Assembly (NCBI GenBank): GCA_024277355.1 | Contig: JAJRVL010000002.1 | Location: forward strand, 60,001-92,000 | DNA: 32,000 bases | Source: an archaeon | Lineage (GTDB): Archaea; Iainarchaeota; Iainarchaeia; Iainarchaeales; 1-14-0-10-31-34 | Direction of reading: 5' to 3' | In this document: piece by piece, positions 8,325 through 16,649 of the stretch | Layout of the letters: every line of letters begins with the position of its first letter | Numbering within the stretch: the stretch's first letter is position 1 | Made by a program: the position numbers and the translations under genes | Notes under the pieces: model-generated | Told to the model about the DNA's origin: nothing | What the model saw: the letters and a program-made list of their open reading frames with translations, nothing else | The model's database searches: none

Positions 8325-8503
8325 CAAACGTTTCGCCGTTTGAGCACGATGCACGACTTCACTTTGTTCAGTCCTGCTGTCACAAACAATTTAACCCAAT
8401 TAACTTTTGTACTAAAAATTTAATAAAGGTTTTTGAAAACTTATGACCCGTTACAAAGTAAGGGTTTGGCGGTTTTTCGGTTCTCTCACTCGAAAGCAAG
8501 AAA

Positions 8504-8658
8504 TGCGACCACCGGGAATCGAACCCGAGTCCGAAGCTAATTACAAAACCTTAATAATTAACATAAGTTTCCGCAAAGCGAAAACCTTTTTTTGGTAAAG
8601 CTTTTTTTCTAAAAAAGGTTTTTGGCAAGCTCCAATTCTACCACTGAACCATGGTCGC
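8504..8658 (-). tRNA. tRNA-Gly (anticodon GCC) interrupted by an approximately 84-nt intron (8539-8622) at the canonical position after base 37
   Basis: 5' part GCGACCATGGTTCAGTGGTAGAATTGGAGCTTGCCA and 3' part AGCTTCGGACTCGGGTTCGATTCCCGGTGGTCGCA join to a 71-nt cloverleaf: GCGACCA/TGGTCGC acceptor, GGAGC/GCTTC anticodon stem. Confidence 0.9.
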
Positions 8659-8889
8659 TTGATATAAAGAAATAAAAGGAAATAGTTTTTATTTTATTCT
8701 TTTTAATTTAGTTGATTATTCGCCAAATATATCTGATTTTTCGTCAAATTTGACCCATTTGCTTTGGCTTGGTTCTAAAGAAACTTTTGAACAAGAAGGA
8801 CACTGCCATACATCAACAGTTTCTTTCCCTCTTTGTTCGGTTCTTTGATGCATCATTATTGAACCGCATCTTAAGCATTTCATTTTACA

Positions 8890-9141
8890 TCAACTTTGAC
8901 TGCAGCTTTCTCCTAACTGGCATCTTTCATGGCATTCAATCCAGTCGCATCCTATTGCGTCTGATTCAATTAATGCATCGCAGTTTGATGCACATTGTTT
9001 TGCTGTAATTATTTGTTCTTTTTGTAATTCTAATGCTCTTGTTGCTGTTCCTTGAGCATTATTTACTGTCCAAAAAGTAGTTACAATTAAAACAAAGAAT
9101 ACTACTCCTGCAAAAAGCATGGCTCTGTGTTTATTATCCAT
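8890..9141 (-). CDS. Small Cys-rich membrane-anchored protein
   Basis: N-terminal TM segment MLFAGVVFFVLIVTTFW then CASNCDALIESDAIGCDWIECHERCQLGESC; GGAGGGG upstream of ATG. Confidence 0.6.
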   Translation of the reverse strand: MDNKHRAMLFAGVVFFVLIVTTFWTVNNAQGTATRALELQKEQIITAKQCASNCDALIESDAIGCDWIECHERCQLGESCSQS

Positions 9142-9234
9142 TAAACCCCTCCAAAATAAAACATTGAATATAATAAAGAATTAGTGCTATTTAATGTTTT
9201 GGTTTTAGTGTTTTAATTAAAATATAAATGTCAG

Positions 9235-9306
9235 TGGGCCCGGGCGGAATCGGACCGCCAGTCTTCACGTTGTAAACGTGACGTCATACCACTAGACCAC
9301 GAGCCC
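9235..9306 (-). tRNA. tRNA-Val (anticodon TAC)
   Basis: GGGCTCG/CGGGCCC acceptor, TCACG-TTTACAA-CGTGA anticodon arm, GGCGG-TCCGATT-CCGCC T-arm; 72 nt. Confidence 0.95.
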
Positions 9307-9398
9307 AGCTGCCTCTGTCAGCTGGCACCAGTGCAGAGCGTAAAGCTCTGCTAGCACGACTTTATGTCGTGCCTCGTACCGCACAGCCGAAACTGTGC
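9305..9398. other. Cluster of four tandem GC-rich perfect stem-loops
   Basis: 9305-9325 CCAGCTG-cctctgt-CAGCTGG; 9333-9351 GCAGAGC-gtaaa-GCTCTGC; 9354-9372 GCACGAC-tttat-GTCGTGC; 9381-9398 GCACAG-ccgaaa-CTGTGC. Confidence 0.8.
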
Positions 9399-9400
9399 TT

Positions 9401-10720
9401 TTACATTACTAAAGTTTTTATTTCTGGTGTTTCTTCAATTTTGCCTTTTTTTACTCCAATAATGTATTTTACTGAATGTTTTTTTGCTTCTTCTAATAAT
9501 CTTTTGGTTATTATTCCATCCAATAAAACTGATTCAACATTTTTTTGTTCTTTTAATGCTGGAAGCAATTCTCTGATATTTGTTTTTTTGATTTCTTTTC
9601 CTTTGCTGTCAAGTATTAATGCCTGCATTTTTCCTTTTACTCCTGCCATTAAAGGCTCAAATCTTGTTTTTTCTTCTGGAGAAGCAACAACTTCAGGTTT
9701 AACTGGAACATATTCTGTTCTTGGCCTGTAATCCTGTCTAAATGAATTATCTTGTCTGCTGAATGAACTTGGCCTTCTTGAATCAAAGCTTCTTGTATTT
9801 GAATACCTTGAAGAAAAAGGTTTAGTGGTTCTCATGTCTGTTCTTGGTCTGCTGTTTTGAGTAAAACCAAATCTTGAATTTCTTGGTTTGATAAAACTTT
9901 GTCCTTTTGATTCTTCTGCTGGAATTCTTTTCCTTAAAGCCATTGTAATTTCTTTTTTTGCTAATTCTTCTACTTCTTTTCCATCTGGAGCTCTTGCAAT
10001 AAAATCAACTTTTGTTTGCTGCATTAATTGTCTTTTAATTAATTCTCCGCCTCTGTCTCCATCTGTAAATAAAATTATTGTTTTTGTTCTGCAGAAAGGA
10101 ATAATTGAATAAGGAATTTTTGAGCCGTTCATTCCCACAACGTTTTTTACTCCGTTTTTTAGTAAATTAATAACGTCTGCTCTTCCTTCAACTAAAATTA
10201 CTTCTTCTTCTTTTGCTATATCTGGACCACATGGAAGTTTTTCTGGACCCCATGACTGCACTTCTGAAGCTCTTGAGGATTCTCTTACTTCTTCTGCTAA
10301 TTCAGATGAAGCTGTTCTTTCACTTAAAAATTTATTTAGTAATTCTTTTGCTCTGTTTTTAATTTCTTCTCTTTTTTGTGTTCTTGTATCTTCTATTTGT
10401 TCTACGTGAAATTTTGATTCATATGGTCCTACTTTTTCAATTGATTCAATTGCTGCTGCTAAAATTGAAGTTTGAACCATATCTAAAGAAGAAGGAACAT
10501 TTAGTGTTCCATTAGTTTTCCCGTTTTCTGGTGCCGGAAAAATATCTATTCTTCCTATTTTTCCGTTTTTTTGTAGTTCTCTTAAATCTAAGTCTTCTCC
10601 GATTAATCCTTCGCTTTGACCAAAAACTGCTCCGACAATATCATGTTTGTCTACTAATCCTTGTATTTCAAATTTTGCTTTGATATTGTATTTAACTGTG
10701 TTAATGTAAGTTTTTCCCAT
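9401..10720 (-). CDS. dnaG: Archaeal DnaG-like primase/exosome subunit (Toprim)
   Basis: KYNIKAKFEIQGLVDKHDIVGAVFGQSEGLIGEDLDLRELQKNGKIGRI...VILVEGRADVINLLKNGVKNVVGMNG...ILFTDGDRGGELI. Confidence 0.95.
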   Translation of the reverse strand: MGKTYINTVKYNIKAKFEIQGLVDKHDIVGAVFGQSEGLIGEDLDLRELQKNGKIGRIDIFPAPENGKTNGTLNVPSSLDMVQTSILAAAIESIEKVGPYESKFHVEQIEDTRTQKREEIKNRAKELLNKFLSERTASSELAEEVRESSRASEVQSWGPEKLPCGPDIAKEEEVILVEGRADVINLLKNGVKNVVGMNGSKIPYSIIPFCRTKTIILFTDGDRGGELIKRQLMQQTKVDFIARAPDGKEVEELAKKEITMALRKRIPAEESKGQSFIKPRNSRFGFTQNSRPRTDMRTTKPFSSRYSNTRSFDSRRPSSFSRQDNSFRQDYRPRTEYVPVKPEVVASPEEKTRFEPLMAGVKGKMQALILDSKGKEIKKTNIRELLPALKEQKNVESVLLDGIITKRLLEEAKKHSVKYIIGVKKGKIEETPEIKTLVM

Positions 10721-10782
10721 TAATAATCACCTTTGTAATTTCTGCATTCTTTTTTTTTTTTGAATGCGTTTTTTTTCTAAAA

Positions 10783-11052
10783 TTAGAGTTTTTTATTTTT
10801 TTTTATTAATTCAAGGATTTCTTTTTTTGTTTTGTTTTCAATTAATAATTTTTTGTTTTTTGATTTTAATCCTTGTATTTCAATTTTTGTTTTAAAGATT
10901 TTTTGTAATTTTTCTTGTAATTCTTTATTGGCTTTTCCTTTTACTGCTTTTTCTTTTGTTTTTATTTCAAGGCAGTTAGTCCATTCATTAAAGCCTATTA
11001 TTTCAAATTTTTTTGAGCCTGGTTTAATATAAAGCTCGATGATTTTTTTCAT
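10783..11052 (-). CDS. DUF167/YggU-family protein
   Basis: LYIKPGSKKFEIIGF...LEIKTKEKAVKGKANKELQEKLQKIF...GLKSKNKKLLIE. Confidence 0.8.
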   Translation of the reverse strand: MKKIIELYIKPGSKKFEIIGFNEWTNCLEIKTKEKAVKGKANKELQEKLQKIFKTKIEIQGLKSKNKKLLIENKTKKEILELIKKNKKL

Positions 11053-11162
11053 TTAAAACTTTTAATTTTAATAATTTAATTTTTTAATGTGAATTAAAAA
11101 ACTCTAATTTATTAAAGATTTAATAAGACAAACTCATATAAATATTATGTTGAGGTTTTTTT

Positions 11163-11570
11163 GTGGCTCATTACAATAAAGGTGCTAATGCTGAAAGAGA
11201 ATTATTAAGAATAATTTATGATAATGGGTTTGGTTGTGTTAGAATTGCAGGTTCAGGTGCAACTATTCTGCCGTCTCCTGATATTGTTGCTTTAAGTCCT
11301 GATAAAAAAATTTCTTTTGAATGCAAGGCGTGGAATTCAAATTATTTAAATATTTCAATTACTCAGATGACTGAATTAATTTATTGGGGTAAAATTTCAG
11401 GAACAGAAGTTTTTGTTGCATGGAAAATTCCTCAAAAAGGATGGTTTTTTTTAAAACCAGAGGATTTCGTTAAAAAAGCTAAATCTTATGCTATATCTAA
11501 AAAAGATGCGTTTAAAAAATCCCAGAATTTAAGTGTTATTTTAGGAAAACAAGCTGTTTTAAAGCAGTAA
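11163..11570 (+). CDS. hjc: Holliday junction resolvase Hjc (GTG start)
   Basis: NKGANAERELLRIIYDNGFGCVRIAGSGA...PSPDIVALSPDKKISFECKAWNSNYLNI...GTEVFVAWKI. Confidence 0.92.
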   Translation: MAHYNKGANAERELLRIIYDNGFGCVRIAGSGATILPSPDIVALSPDKKISFECKAWNSNYLNISITQMTELIYWGKISGTEVFVAWKIPQKGWFFLKPEDFVKKAKSYAISKKDAFKKSQNLSVILGKQAVLKQ

Positions 11571-11650
11571 ACTAATGAAAAAAAGCATTGATTTAAAAGC
11601 ACTTTTTTACTTAATTTTTAGTACTATTTAAGAAAAAAAGAGGGTTTTTA

Positions 11651-11794
11651 ATGCACGTAATAATGGAAGAATTAATCACAAAAATAGATTATTTATCAAC
11701 TAAAGAAAAAAGCATTAGAAACAGACTTTTACTTGAAAATGCTTCAACTAAATTAAAAGAATACCATAAAATCAAAAATGAAATTATAGAATAA
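11651..11794 (+). CDS. Small hypothetical protein, 47 aa
   Basis: MHVIMEELITKIDYLSTKEKSIRNRLLLENASTKLKEYHKIKNEIIE*; isolated short ORF, coding status uncertain. Confidence 0.3.
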   Translation: MHVIMEELITKIDYLSTKEKSIRNRLLLENASTKLKEYHKIKNEIIE

Positions 11795-11827
11795 TTTTTT
11801 GTTATGTGATTTTTTCTTTTTTTTTAA

Positions 11828-12520
11828 TTAGGTTTTTGAAGCCATGAATAATAATGCTAATGCTACTATTACCATTCCAAAGAAAATGCTTACAGTCCCT
11901 ATGTCTGTTATTCCGTATTCTGTGTTAGTAAAAGCAAAATAAAATGCAAGAAAACCAAATATTACTCCTGCTCCAATTAAAGTAAACCTTAATAACTGTA
12001 ATTTTTTTGCTGTTCCTTTTAATCTTAGTTCAGTTAAATCTAATTGAGCCATGTCAACTTTTTCGTCTATTTTTACTGTTGAATCTTTTACTTTTCCTAT
12101 TACTCCGGTTAAAGCCATTATATTTGAATTAATTTTTGTTTGAAAAATATTCATTTTGCTTAAAAGCATGTCTTTAAAGCTTTCAACTTCTTTGGTTGTT
12201 TTTTGTTCGTATTCATCTAAGTCATTGCTCATTTCTCTCATTAAATCTTGTGAAAGCCTTTTTTCTTCTATTTCTGTTTCAGTTTTAATGAATTTTTTTA
12301 TCCAGGGTTGTTCTGCAGCTAAGTCTTGTCTTACAATTTTTTTTATTTCTGCTTTAAGTAAATCAAAAGTGTCTGCTTCGGCTAAAAGTAATAGTCTTCT
12401 TGCTTGTTCTTCTTTTATTCCTAAAACTTTTAGTTCTGAAACTATTTTTTTTTCGTTTTTTCCTTCTCTAACCATTTTTGAAATGGTTTCAATTATGCTT
12501 GCCTCTTTTTGTACAGGCAT
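11828..12520 (-). CDS. Coiled-coil protein with C-terminal transmembrane helices; N-terminal domain shared with the adjacent upstream gene
   Basis: SIIETISKMVREGKNEKKIVSELKVLGIKEEQARRLLLLAEADTF...; C-terminus FTLIGAGVIFGFLAFYFAFT...VSIFFGMVIVALALLFMA. Confidence 0.75.
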   Translation of the reverse strand: MPVQKEASIIETISKMVREGKNEKKIVSELKVLGIKEEQARRLLLLAEADTFDLLKAEIKKIVRQDLAAEQPWIKKFIKTETEIEEKRLSQDLMREMSNDLDEYEQKTTKEVESFKDMLLSKMNIFQTKINSNIMALTGVIGKVKDSTVKIDEKVDMAQLDLTELRLKGTAKKLQLLRFTLIGAGVIFGFLAFYFAFTNTEYGITDIGTVSIFFGMVIVALALLFMASKT

Positions 12521-12524
12521 GATA

Positions 12525-13010
12525 TCACAATCTAACTTCTCTTATTATTTTTTTCTTTCTGTGTTCTTTTTTTTCTTTTTCTGATTCAAAATCAAATCTT
12601 ATTCCATGAGTTGTTTCTGGATGACTTAATAATTTCATTAATTCCTGCATTTTTGCTTTCTTTTTTTCTGTTTTTTCTTCTGTTTTTATTTTGTCTTCTA
12701 ATAAATCTTTTAATTCATTTATTTTTTCATTGAATTGTTCAGCAATATGTCCTTCTTCTTCTTTTACTATTTCTACAATTAATTTTCTGAATAATATTTC
12801 TTCTTTTTTCATGTCTTCTTTGACAATTTTTTGTATTTCTTTTTTTAGTAAAGCAAAAGTGTCTGCTTCTCCTAATAACAATAGTTTTCTTGCTTGTTCT
12901 TCTTTTATTCCTAAACTTTTCAGTTCTTTTAGTATTTCTTTTTGAGGACGGCCTTCTTTAACCATTTTTTCAATTATTTCAATTATGCTTGTTTCATTGC
13001 CTATTTTCAT
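12525..13010 (-). CDS. Coiled-coil protein paralogous to 11828-12520 at its N-terminus
   Basis: SIIEIIEKMVKEGRPQKEILKELKSLGIKEEQARKLLLLGEADTFALLKKEIQKIVKEDM aligns without gaps to its neighbour's N-terminus. Confidence 0.75.
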   Translation of the reverse strand: MKIGNETSIIEIIEKMVKEGRPQKEILKELKSLGIKEEQARKLLLLGEADTFALLKKEIQKIVKEDMKKEEILFRKLIVEIVKEEEGHIAEQFNEKINELKDLLEDKIKTEEKTEKKKAKMQELMKLLSHPETTHGIRFDFESEKEKKEHRKKKIIREVRL

Positions 13011-13097
13011 TTTTTCACTGAATATAAAAAGAGCTTTAGTATTAATAAATATTGTTGAATAATAAAGAAAAAAAGAAAAACCGGCAGATTATGCCAG

Positions 13098-13802
13098 TTA
13101 ATTGTAATTTAAGTCATCTGAATTAAAATCAAAGTTGTATTCCTGCATTAATTCTTCCATTGTTTTGATTTTATCTTGGGGTACAACAAAAACTGCATCT
13201 TCAACTGAATTTAATTTAATGTTTTTTAAGGACATTTCTGCTTTGCCTACTTCAGTTGTCATTAAGAGTTTAACTGGAATGCCGTATTTAATTGAAATCC
13301 ATGCTTTTGTTTTAACTGCTGTGTCTTCGTTTGAAGCTTTATATTTGAATTCAATTACTTTTGTTTTCATGTCATTAACTGTTTCTTCTCCTAATTCTTT
13401 CATTTCAATATCATTTAATGCTTGTTCAGAGAAATCTAAGAAATCTAATCCGCCGGCATTTCCTGAGTCAGGTACGTCCATTTCTAAATAAACATCTTTT
13501 GCTGGATCGTAGTTATACATGTGTGTTCCATTAAAAATTAACTCGGATTTTTGTCCTAAAATTGAAGTTTCCATTTTGTATTTTTCTTTTTTTTGGTAAA
13601 CTGTTAAAGTTAAAGGAAAAGGAGTAGTCATTATAACATCATATTGAATATTGTCAATGCTTTTTCCTTTTTCCAGTATTTCCTGAATTGTTTCTGCTGA
13701 AAGTTTTTTTGCTTTTGTATTATCTTGGCTTGTTCCTTGAGTGCATCCTAAAGAAACAGTTAATGCAATTAATAAAATTAAAATTAATATTTTTTTGTTC
13801 AT
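13098..13802 (-). CDS. Secreted lipoprotein, LolA/outer-membrane-lipoprotein-carrier-like fold
   Basis: MNKKILILILLIALTVSLGCTQG signal and lipobox; YDVMTTPFPLTLTVYQKKEKYKMETSILGQKSELIFNGTHMYNYDP... resembles LolA-like proteins. Confidence 0.65.
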   Translation of the reverse strand: MNKKILILILLIALTVSLGCTQGTSQDNTKAKKLSAETIQEILEKGKSIDNIQYDVIMTTPFPLTLTVYQKKEKYKMETSILGQKSELIFNGTHMYNYDPAKDVYLEMDVPDSGNAGGLDFLDFSEQALNDIEMKELGEETVNDMKTKVIEFKYKASNEDTAVKTKAWISIKYGIPVKLLMTTEVGKAEMSLKNIKLNSVEDAVFVVPQDKIKTMEELMQEYNFDFNSDDLNYN

Positions 13803-13856
13803 TTAATTCCTCCTCTGGTTAATTAAGTTAAATTAAGTTAAATCAAATTTAAAAGC

Positions 13857-14597
13857 CTATATTTTTATTTTTCCTTTTTGGAATTCTAATAAAAGTTGTT
13901 TTGAAACTGCATTAATATTAGGGAGTCCTTTTTTCATTAATTTTTTTCTTTTTAATGCAATTTCTTCAAGAATATTTTCCGGTTCATTTGATTTTGCACC
14001 TAATTTTTCAAGTTCTTTTGGGTTTTTTTCTTGCAGTAATTTAATTAATTTTTCTGCTGCTTCTTCAGGGTATTTTAATTTAGATGGGTTTTTTGCGCCA
14101 ATTAAAACTAATTCAATTTCGTCTCTTTCTCCATATGGAATAATTCCAGGGGAATCAATTAACTTAAAGTTTCTTCCTTTAACTATTTGTTCTCCTCTGG
14201 TAAATCCTGCTGTAATTGAAGTTTTAATTTTCTTTTTGGTTAAAGAATTAATTATTGAACTTTTTCCTGTGTTTGGATAACCTATTACTCCAATTGTATT
14301 TCCTGCTTTTTTTATTTTAATTGCAATTAATTCTCTTAATCTTGTCATTCCTTGTTTTTCTGTTGAAGAAATAAAAATGCATGTTTCTTTGATTTCTTTT
14401 TTTGTTTTTTTTGCAGTATTTTTTGAAATTAAATCTGCTTTATTTAATACAATAATTAATTCTTTTCCTTTTCTTTTAATGTATTCTTCTATTTTTTTGT
14501 TTCTTGTTTTGTCTGCAAATCTTGCATCAACTACTTCAATTAATATATCTGAATTATGGATTACTGAATAAACTCTGTCAAAAAAGCCTTTTCTCAT
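13857..14597 (-). CDS. Circularly permuted GTPase, YlqF/RbgA-like ribosome biogenesis family
   Basis: G4 NKADL precedes G1 GYPNTGKSSIIN and G3 DSPGIIPYG; LIEVVDARFADKTRN. Confidence 0.88.
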   Translation of the reverse strand: MRKGFFDRVYSVIHNSDILIEVVDARFADKTRNKKIEEYIKRKGKELIIVLNKADLISKNTAKKTKKEIKETCIFISSTEKQGMTRLRELIAIKIKKAGNTIGVIGYPNTGKSSIINSLTKKKIKTSITAGFTRGEQIVKGRNFKLIDSPGIIPYGERDEIELVLIGAKNPSKLKYPEEAAEKLIKLLQEKNPKELEKLGAKSNEPENILEEIALKRKKLMKKGLPNINAVSKQLLLEFQKGKIKI

Positions 14598-14636
14598 TTA
14601 AATCAGAAAAAAATATGTTTAAGAGTAATTAAATGC

Positions 14637-15545
14637 TTATTTGCGTTTTCTTACTTGAGAATAAATTCCTGCATAATAATATGCCCCAAACCCCATCCAT
14701 ATCGCAGAAAATAACATATAAATTAAACTTGAAACAAAATAGTTTATTCCAATATAACCTATGCTTCTAGAAACCACGAAAAAAATTACTCCTATTATTA
14801 ATAATGCAATAAAAATGTCAATTACTTTTCCTTGAGTTAAATTCCATCCATCTCTTAAAGACTGGAATATTCCTTTGTTTGTTTCCAAGAAAACATATGG
14901 TGTCATTGAAAGCCTGATTGAATTATAGATTACTATAAACAGGTAAAAGAAAGATAAAAATAATGCAAGCAAAAGAAGTATAATGCCTATTCCGGAAATT
15001 AAAGTGATTATTCCGATTAAATATAATGCAATTATTCCAATGAAAACAAAAAAGAATCTTTTGTCATAATAAGAAATTAAAGCCAGAATTCCTGATAAAA
15101 TCTGGAGGATTATCAGTTTAACATATTTTGTTGCATTAAAAGGAGCTGTTTTAATTTTGTAGAAGTTCATTCCTTTTAGTAAAATTAAAACAGAAAAAAA
15201 TCCCTGGATTAATAAAATCATAAAATAACCAACAAAGGTAATTGAAATAATGGTAATTGATTCTGGAAATTGATTAAGTGTAGTAATTATTAATTGTGGT
15301 AAAACCTCTGCAATAAATTTAAGTATTTCAATTAAAGGCCGACTTCCCATAAGCAGAATTCCATAAGACATGCCATATATTTTCATTATTATTTGCACGT
15401 AAATTTTGTTTATAGTGTCTGATATTGTGAAAAAATAAACTAAAAATGAGATTAAATTTATAAGAAACCATATTTTTAAATATTTCATGGCTTCTTTATT
15501 TTTTTTCCATTTAAAACTATTATTTAAAATAATGCTATAATCCAT
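14637..15545 (-). CDS. Polytopic membrane protein of unknown function
   Basis: Several hydrophobic segments (FLINLISFLVYFFTI, LILQILSGILALISYY, GIGIILLLLALFLSFFYLFI, IFIALLIIGVIFFVV); ends YYYAGIYSQVRKRK. Confidence 0.7.
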   Translation of the reverse strand: MDYSIILNNSFKWKKNKEAMKYLKIWFLINLISFLVYFFTISDTINKIYVQIIMKIYGMSYGILLMGSRPLIEILKFIAEVLPQLIITTLNQFPESITIISITFVGYFMILLIQGFFSVLILLKGMNFYKIKTAPFNATKYVKLIILQILSGILALISYYDKRFFFVFIGIIALYLIGIITLISGIGIILLLLALFLSFFYLFIVIYNSIRLSMTPYVFLETNKGIFQSLRDGWNLTQGKVIDIFIALLIIGVIFFVVSRSIGYIGINYFVSSLIYMLFSAIWMGFGAYYYAGIYSQVRKRK

Positions 15546-15647
15546 ACTAACTTTATTTGTTTTTTTAATATAAATATCTATTGTTTCTAAAAATGAGTGA
15601 ATTATTGTATTTTTGTCATAATATGGTAATTTATGATCCTTAAATGC

Positions 15648-15734
15648 TTATTTACTTTTCCTTACTTGAGAATAAATTTCTGAATAACTGTAAACTGCAA
15701 ATGCTTCCATTATTAAAAATATTAAGCAATAGAA
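15648..15734 (-). pseudogene. C-terminal remnant of a paralogue of the 14637-15545 membrane protein
   Basis: FYCLIFLIMEAFAVYSYSEIYSQVRKSK*, directly preceded by TAA in frame; aligns to IYMLFSAIWMGFGAYYYAGIYSQVRKRK*. Confidence 0.6.
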
Positions 15735-15752
15735 TTATTTAAAGGTTTAGTT

Positions 15753-16103
15753 TTAAAGTAATTTTAAGTTTTTAGTGTATTTGTTAATTAAGTTTTCAGG
15801 GCCTGGGCCAATTCCAATACATGTTTTGCTTCCTGAAGCAATTTGTGTTCTTCCTGCATCTCTGATTAATGCAGTTGGAATTTCTTTTTTTATTGATTCA
15901 AATAATTCAAGTAATTCTTTTTCTGATGAAACTTTTAATACAACTTTTTGTGTTCCTGTTTGTTTCCATTCTTCAACCCATTCAGGAAACTTTATTTTTG
16001 TTTTTTCTAAGGCTTCAACTGAAGCGTGTGATGCCTGTGCGGCAGTTTTTCCTTTCTGCATCTTTAAGTCTGTTCTAATTACAATTACTTGCTTAAATTC
16101 CAT
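15753..16103 (-). CDS. pth2: Peptidyl-tRNA hydrolase, Pth2 family
   Basis: VIVIRTDLKMQKGKTAAQASHASVEA...QKVVLKVSSEKELLEL...LIRDAGRTQIASGSKTCIGIGP. Confidence 0.95.
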   Translation of the reverse strand: MEFKQVIVIRTDLKMQKGKTAAQASHASVEALEKTKIKFPEWVEEWKQTGTQKVVLKVSSEKELLELFESIKKEIPTALIRDAGRTQIASGSKTCIGIGPGPENLINKYTKNLKLL

Positions 16104-16117
16104 TTTAAATCAATTAT

Positions 16118-16258
16118 TTATTCATCACTGCATTCATCATCGTCTTTGCATTCTTCTTCAAAACCGCATTCACTGCATACATATTTGTTTTCTTTTTTTT
16201 CCATTTCTTTTCCGCAGTGTTCTTTTTTTGTTTCTTCGTGTCCACAACAACAACCCAT
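16118..16258 (-). CDS. Small Cys/acid-rich putative metal-binding protein, 46 aa
   Basis: Hand translation: MGCCCGHEETKKEHCGKEMEKKENKYVCSECGFEEECKDDDECSDE*; AAGGGGATG start context. Confidence 0.6.
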   Translation of the reverse strand: MGCCCGHEETKKEHCGKEMEKKENKYVCSECGFEEECKDDDECSDE

Positions 16259-16262
16259 TTTT

Positions 16263-16613
16263 TCATCCCCTTAATTCTTTTAATGTTAAAGTTTTTGTTA
16301 ATCCGTCATTTCCCCATAATTGAGAGAAACTTTCAGATGAATGTTTTTCAATCCATAACTGTCTGTTTGTTGGATGGGCGTGCCCTTTGTTTGTGTATCC
16401 AACGTCATATTCGACTAGGATTCTGTCTTTTCCTATTTTAACTAAACGAAAAACTTTTCCGCCGTTTCCGTTTGATTCAAATAATTCGCCTTCTGTTACT
16501 TCTACTTCTTTTGTTTCTCTTTCTTTCTGAAAAGGCGGATTCCAGTCTTGTTTTAGTTCTTTTATTTCAATTACTGCTTTCATTTGTGTTCCCTCAAAAA
16601 AAAAGAAGTGCAT
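16263..16613 (-). CDS. Conserved-looking hypothetical protein; likely start at the internal MKAVIEIKE (16586)
   Basis: Sustained ORF between pth2 and the Lrp-like gene; KVFRLVKIGKDRILVEYDVGYTNKGHAHPTNRQLWIEKH. No family recognised. Confidence 0.6.
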   Translation of the reverse strand: MHFFFFEGTQMKAVIEIKELKQDWNPPFQKERETKEVEVTEGELFESNGNGGKVFRLVKIGKDRILVEYDVGYTNKGHAHPTNRQLWIEKHSSESFSQLWGNDGLTKTLTLKELRG

Positions 16614-16649
16614 TTAATTTAATAACCTTTGCTGTTTTCAGAGGAAAAA

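Noticed and set aside
8234-8446. 70-aa plus-strand ORF
   Set aside because: It runs antisense through the tRNA-Gly(TCC) gene; the translation is a by-product of tRNA sequence.
9369-10112. Plus-strand ORFs over dnaG
   Set aside because: Antisense to a strongly supported DnaG gene.
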